Shown: in pieces, positions 6,711 through 10,229 of the stretch
How the letters are laid out: each line of letters begins with the position of its first letter
Position numbering within the stretch: the first letter of the stretch is position 1
Origin: Capsulimonadales bacterium
Lineage (GTDB): Bacteria > Armatimonadota > Armatimonadia > Armatimonadales > Armatimonadaceae
Direction: 5' to 3'
Assembly: GCA_033762295.1 (NCBI GenBank)
Contig: JANRLW010000013.1
Location: 1 to 10,229, forward strand
Length of the DNA stretch: 10,229 bases
Program-made: the position numbers and the translations under genes
Notes under the pieces: model-generated
What the model saw: only the letters and a program-made list of their open reading frames with translations
Told to the model about the DNA's origin: nothing
Database searches by the model: none

Positions 6711-6761
6711 CTCCGTCACAATACGGTGCACGGAGAACCCGACGGCGCGTCCGGCCGGACG
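6711..6761. repeat. Two inverted repeats in the convergent intergenic gap
   Basis: Bulged hairpin CTCCGTCAC-AATACG-GTG(C)ACGGAG at 6711-6735 and a perfect 14-bp palindrome CGTCCGGCCGGACG at 6748-6761. No U-tract on either strand. Confidence 0.5.
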
Positions 6762-8732
6762 TCAATGCGGAAACACCATGTACATCTGCGTGTCCGTCAC
6801 CATCCCGAAGACCCCCCACAGCGTCGGTACGACATAATCCCCCAGAATCAGACCCAGAAAGAACGGCAGCGCCGCGCGGTACGCCCCGATCCCCCCGTAA
6901 CGCAACGTAATCGCCTTCGCACCCCAGGCGATCAAAAACGGACACCACATATACTCCATCGTGTTCGTCATCGCCATCGCATACCCCAGCGGATGCAACA
7001 CGAAACCCGTCATCCGCTGACGCACAAGCGATAGACCGACCGCCGTCACCCCGCCGAACGTCGCCCCGCCCAACCCCGACCAGTCCTGCAAGGTCGGGGT
7101 AATCATCGAGGTGATCGCCTGGCGAAACGGACCCTGTGAACCGTTCGCCAGCGCCGGACGGACTTTGGCCGTCGCCGCACCGTACGTATAGTAAATGTCC
7201 AGATGCGCCCAGAACGCCGCCACCACCCCGATCACCGTGGCGAAGACCAGCGGAACGAACAACTGCCGGGGCGAAAACGCGGACGAAGCCATCTTCAAAC
7301 TCTGAGACGCCTGCGGCCACGGATTGTCCCGCATGTCGCTCGTCCACGACGTATAACCGAAAATCGCCACCGTTTCCTTCGCCGGTAAATGGTTCGGACC
7401 GATCGACTCGGCGACGAACGAGGTCGGAGACCACATCGGCGCCCACGCCCAGCCCGCACCCACCTCCGAGACGATCCGCGCCAGCGTCAAAGAGAAACAC
7501 GTGTAGACCGACACAAACAGGATCGCCTGAAACGTCGACAACCCGATCGCCATCAAAAACATCGCCTGAACGATCAGCCCGATGCCCGCCCAGACCAGCG
7601 CCCGACCTGGCGCGACCATCTCATAACGATCCTCCGGACGGGGATGACGCACCGAGGCCCAGGCCGCCGCCAGAGACTTCCGCGCCATCACCACCGAAAA
7701 CAACGCGATCCCCAGAAACGCCCCCAGCCCCTGCTCCCGAAGATACGGCATCCTCGCCGACGGACTGCCCGTCGCCCCGTCCGAAAGCCCCAGCGCCGCA
7801 CAACCCACCAGAGCCGCCTTCGACGCCAGATACAAAAACCACGACGAGAACGAAACGTCCAGCGCCAGCAAATACCCGATCCCGATCGCGAACGGATAGA
7901 ACGATAAGGTCAGTCGCCCCATCGCGTTCAACGGACGAGAACCGAACCACGAACCGATCTCGTTCTGACCCATCCCCGGCTTGATCGGAAGAGACGGCAC
8001 CGACGGAAACAGAAAATTCAAAAAGTTCAACGATTCCAGCACACCCGCCAGAATAAACCCGGCCCACATCCAGGGATTTCGCCAGAACGCCCGATTCCCG
8101 CCCCCATCCCCCGCCATCTCCAGAGGCAACAGCACAAGCGGAAACGTCAGACGCTCCGACTCCACCCACTGCTTGCGAAACACCGAGGCAAGGCAAAGCA
8201 GCGTCAGGAAAATCGTGATGATAAATCCGCTCCAGAAAAGGACCGGAACGCTCCAGCCGAGCAGATGCTCCGGACGGTAAAGCGAAGAGTTGCCGCGAAA
8301 GAAACCGTTCAAAACGCCGCTCTCACGCGGACTCACATACCACGGTACGTGCGGATGCAAACGATCCGCGTACCCGTTGCTCCCCGACGCGTAATAAAAC
8401 GGCGCGGCCATATGATTGATCAGAATCTGGACGAAACCGTAACCGCCCGCGCACGTCCCGATCGCGATCATCGAGTACAGAATCAACAACTCCCCCGTCG
8501 AGAGCGAGAAACGACGCGCCCAGCGCAAAAACGGGAAGTTCAGAAACACCAGCGCGAAAAGAAAAACGACCGGACCGCGCTGCAACGCCGTCTGGGTCCA
8601 GAGAAGCGCCTGCACCACCACATAAGCGTACGTCCCGAACCAGGCGTTCGCCAGTAACAGCAACGTTCCCAGACCGTACACCACCCACGGGCGAAGGCGA
8701 CCCGCCGAATGCGCATCATCGCTGACCTGCAT
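6762..8732 (-). CDS. Large polytopic membrane protein, DUF6785/DUF6784-like (putative transporter)
   Basis: About 656 aa with many TM segments. Motifs RKQWVESERLTFPLVLLPLEM, YPFAIGIGYLLALDVSFSSW and HPLGY...WCPFLIAWGAKAITLRYGGIGAYRAALPFFLGLILGD were recognised from memory as this family. ATG 8732 (GGAGG upstream, short spacing) is preferred over GTG 8774, which lies inside a terminator stem. Confidence 0.78.
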   Translation of the reverse strand: MQVSDDAHSAGRLRPWVVYGLGTLLLLANAWFGTYAYVVVQALLWTQTALQRGPVVFLFALVFLNFPFLRWARRFSLSTGELLILYSMIAIGTCAGGYGFVQILINHMAAPFYYASGSNGYADRLHPHVPWYVSPRESGVLNGFFRGNSSLYRPEHLLGWSVPVLFWSGFIITIFLTLLCLASVFRKQWVESERLTFPLVLLPLEMAGDGGGNRAFWRNPWMWAGFILAGVLESLNFLNFLFPSVPSLPIKPGMGQNEIGSWFGSRPLNAMGRLTLSFYPFAIGIGYLLALDVSFSSWFLYLASKAALVGCAALGLSDGATGSPSARMPYLREQGLGAFLGIALFSVVMARKSLAAAWASVRHPRPEDRYEMVAPGRALVWAGIGLIVQAMFLMAIGLSTFQAILFVSVYTCFSLTLARIVSEVGAGWAWAPMWSPTSFVAESIGPNHLPAKETVAIFGYTSWTSDMRDNPWPQASQSLKMASSAFSPRQLFVPLVFATVIGVVAAFWAHLDIYYTYGAATAKVRPALANGSQGPFRQAITSMITPTLQDWSGLGGATFGGVTAVGLSLVRQRMTGFVLHPLGYAMAMTNTMEYMWCPFLIAWGAKAITLRYGGIGAYRAALPFFLGLILGDYVVPTLWGVFGMVTDTQMYMVFPH

Positions 8733-8752
8733 GTACCTCCCCCGCACCCGCG

Positions 8753-8778
8753 AAAAAGGGGCGTCTTTCGACACCCCT
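8753..8778 (-). terminator. Intrinsic terminator after minE
   Basis: The - strand RNA reads AGGGGUGUC-GAAA-GACGCCCCU-UUUU: a 9-bp stem with one G-U pair, a GNRA tetraloop and a U-tract, 8 nt after the minE stop. Confidence 0.8.
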
Positions 8779-8786
8779 CCCCGAAA

Positions 8787-9053
8787 TCAAACCTCCGTAT
8801 GCACGCGCAGGATCGGAATATTCGCGACCAGCGCTACCGTATCGTTCTCCCGCTCCAGATTCACATCCAGCATCGCCTCGTCGATGTCCACATACTTCGA
8901 CAGAACCACCAGAATCTCCCGGCGCATCTGTTCCAGCATCGGCGGCGAAATGTCCGCACGGTCGTGCATGATCACGACCTGCAAACGTTTCTTCGCAGTC
9001 GCACGAGCCGATGTATCTCCTCGCCCTAACAGGCGCTCCAAAAACGATGCCAT
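8787..9053 (-). CDS. minE: Cell division topological specificity factor MinE
   Basis: N-terminal amphipathic helix MASFLERLLG, then SARATAKKRLQVVIMHDR, MRREILVVLSKYVDID and ALVANIPI. Directly downstream of minD, with SD AAGGA overlapping the minD stop. Confidence 0.96.
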   Translation of the reverse strand: MASFLERLLGRGDTSARATAKKRLQVVIMHDRADISPPMLEQMRREILVVLSKYVDIDEAMLDVNLERENDTVALVANIPILRVHTEV

Positions 9054-9061
9054 GAGCTTCC

Positions 9062-9874
9062 TTACCTTCCCCCGAACAACCTTTTAAGGCGCACGAAGAA
9101 CCCTTCGTGTTCCTCCAGATTGAGGAACGGAATCTGTTCCCCTTTCAGACGTCGGGCGATATTGCGGTAGGCCTGCCCTGCCAGACTCCCCTCCATCATC
9201 GAAACCGGCTCCCCCCGGTTCGTCGAAACTATGATCGATTCATCGTCCGGAATCACGCCGATCAACTTGACCGACGATCCCAAAACCTCCTGGACGTCCT
9301 CCACCGACAGTGCATCCTGACTCTTAACCATCTTCGGACGCAGCCGGTTCACAATCAACATCGGATTGTGCAACTCCTGCGCCTCCAGCAGACCGATCAC
9401 CCGGTCCGCATCCCGAACCGAGGACATCTCCGGGTTGATGACGACGATCGCTTCCCGCGCGCCCGCCGTCGCATTCTTAAACCCCTGCTCGATTCCTGCC
9501 GGACAATCCAGAAGTATAAACGTATATCCTTCCGTCTCGAGATCCGCCACGATCTGTTTCATCTGGTCAGGGCTGACCGCACTCTTGTCCGCCGTCTGGG
9601 CCGCCGGCAACAAAGCCAGGTTCTGATTCCGCTTATCCTTGATCAGAGCTTTCCTCAGATCCGCTCGCCCATTCACCACTTCCACAATATTGTAGACGAT
9701 CCGGTTCTCCAGACCTAACGCCAGATCCAGATTCCGCAGACCGATGTCCGCATCCACCAGAGCCACTTTCTCGCCCATATTGGCGAGAGCCATCCCCAGG
9801 TTTGCCGTGGTTGTGGTTTTACCGACTCCTCCCTTACCGGAAGTAATCACAATCGCTCGCGCTGAGTTACTCAT
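9062..9874 (-). CDS. minD: Septum site-determining ATPase MinD
   Basis: Deviant Walker A TSGKGGVGKTTT, DADIGLRNLD, DCPAGIEQGF, PEMSSVRDADRVIGLL and a C-terminal membrane-targeting helix GFFVRLKRLFG. Confidence 0.98.
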   Translation of the reverse strand: MSNSARAIVITSGKGGVGKTTTTANLGMALANMGEKVALVDADIGLRNLDLALGLENRIVYNIVEVVNGRADLRKALIKDKRNQNLALLPAAQTADKSAVSPDQMKQIVADLETEGYTFILLDCPAGIEQGFKNATAGAREAIVVINPEMSSVRDADRVIGLLEAQELHNPMLIVNRLRPKMVKSQDALSVEDVQEVLGSSVKLIGVIPDDESIIVSTNRGEPVSMMEGSLAGQAYRNIARRLKGEQIPFLNLEEHEGFFVRLKRLFGGR

Positions 9875-9983
9875 TTGATTTTTGCCAGGCCGTTGCCGTA
9901 GCAGACCATGTCCTTATTGATACCCCGCCGACCCAAGATACCCTCGGAAGCCGATCCGGAGGTCGCCCCGCAAACATTGGTGC

Positions 9984-9989
9984 ATTATA
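9984..9989 (-). promoter_or_regulatory. Putative housekeeping-sigma -10 element for minDE in the minC-minD gap
   Basis: Perfect TATAAT on the - strand within a 155-bp GC-rich intergenic region. No recognisable -35 (GGGCGA at 17 bp). Confidence 0.5.
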
Positions 9990-10029
9990 GCGGTAAAACG
10001 CACCCTTCGCCCGACTCCACGCCCCGACT

Positions 10030-10229
10030 TCAGAGGGGGAAAATCCCTATTTCCTCCCCCTCGATCCGCGCTACCTCCGGAACCCGAGGGCCGGACCCGG
10101 AACGTCCCGAATCCTCCGGAGCACGGGCGATCTTGCTCGCAATCCGTAACTGCGGCGGACGAAGACTGCCCGCGACGATTCGCGCCGCCTCGTCCCCGAA
10201 ACAACCCGCGTGCGCCAGACCGCGCAATG
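10030..10229 (-). CDS. minC: Septum site-determining protein MinC, C-terminal part (5'-truncated by the window edge)
   Basis: LRGLAHAGCFGDEAARIVAGSLRPPQLRIASKIARAP...PEVARIEGEEI matches the MinC C-terminal RGxxHAG and PxQLRIA motifs. It lies upstream of minD. Confidence 0.92.
   Translation of the reverse strand, partial: LRGLAHAGCFGDEAARIVAGSLRPPQLRIASKIARAPEDSGRSGSGPRVPEVARIEGEEIGIFPL

Noticed and set aside
5607..6731. 374-aa - strand ORF
   Set aside because: Antisense mirror of ricT, kept open by codon bias.
8733..8774. GTG 8774 start for the large membrane protein
   Set aside because: It lies within the terminator stem, and its GGAGG is only 1 nt from the codon.
9914..10204. 96-aa - strand ORF between minC and minD
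   Set aside because: Mostly an out-of-frame overlap with minC, and it runs through the TATAAT element.
1..10229. CRISPR array, tRNA/rRNA, transposase, integrase or defence genes
   Set aside because: No regularly spaced repeats, RNA-gene signatures or relevant protein motifs were seen, and nearly all of the sequence is explained by the listed genes.

Overview
High-GC bacterial chromosomal window. The gene set (minCDE, PSP1/RicT, a DUF6785-type membrane protein) would fit Armatimonadota or a related Terrabacteria lineage, but that is inference. Left to right: the 3' part of a PQQ-type beta-propeller gene coupled to a tandem GNAT fusion (+); a leftward operon of ECF sigma factor, 75-aa putative anti-sigma and a 263-aa uncharacterised repeat protein; a leftward membrane protein; a divergent rightward operon of a second ECF sigma factor, 115-aa putative anti-sigma and a PSP1/RicT protein with an extra five-Cys tail; then a leftward minC (partial), minD, minE, an intrinsic terminator and a large DUF6785/DUF6784-like membrane protein. 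I found no RNA genes, CRISPR arrays or mobile elements. The best candidates for undescribed biology are the two back-to-back ECF modules with small soluble partners and unusual cargo genes, and a possible promoter with short upstream ORFs between minC and minD. All family assignments come from motif recognition, not database searches.
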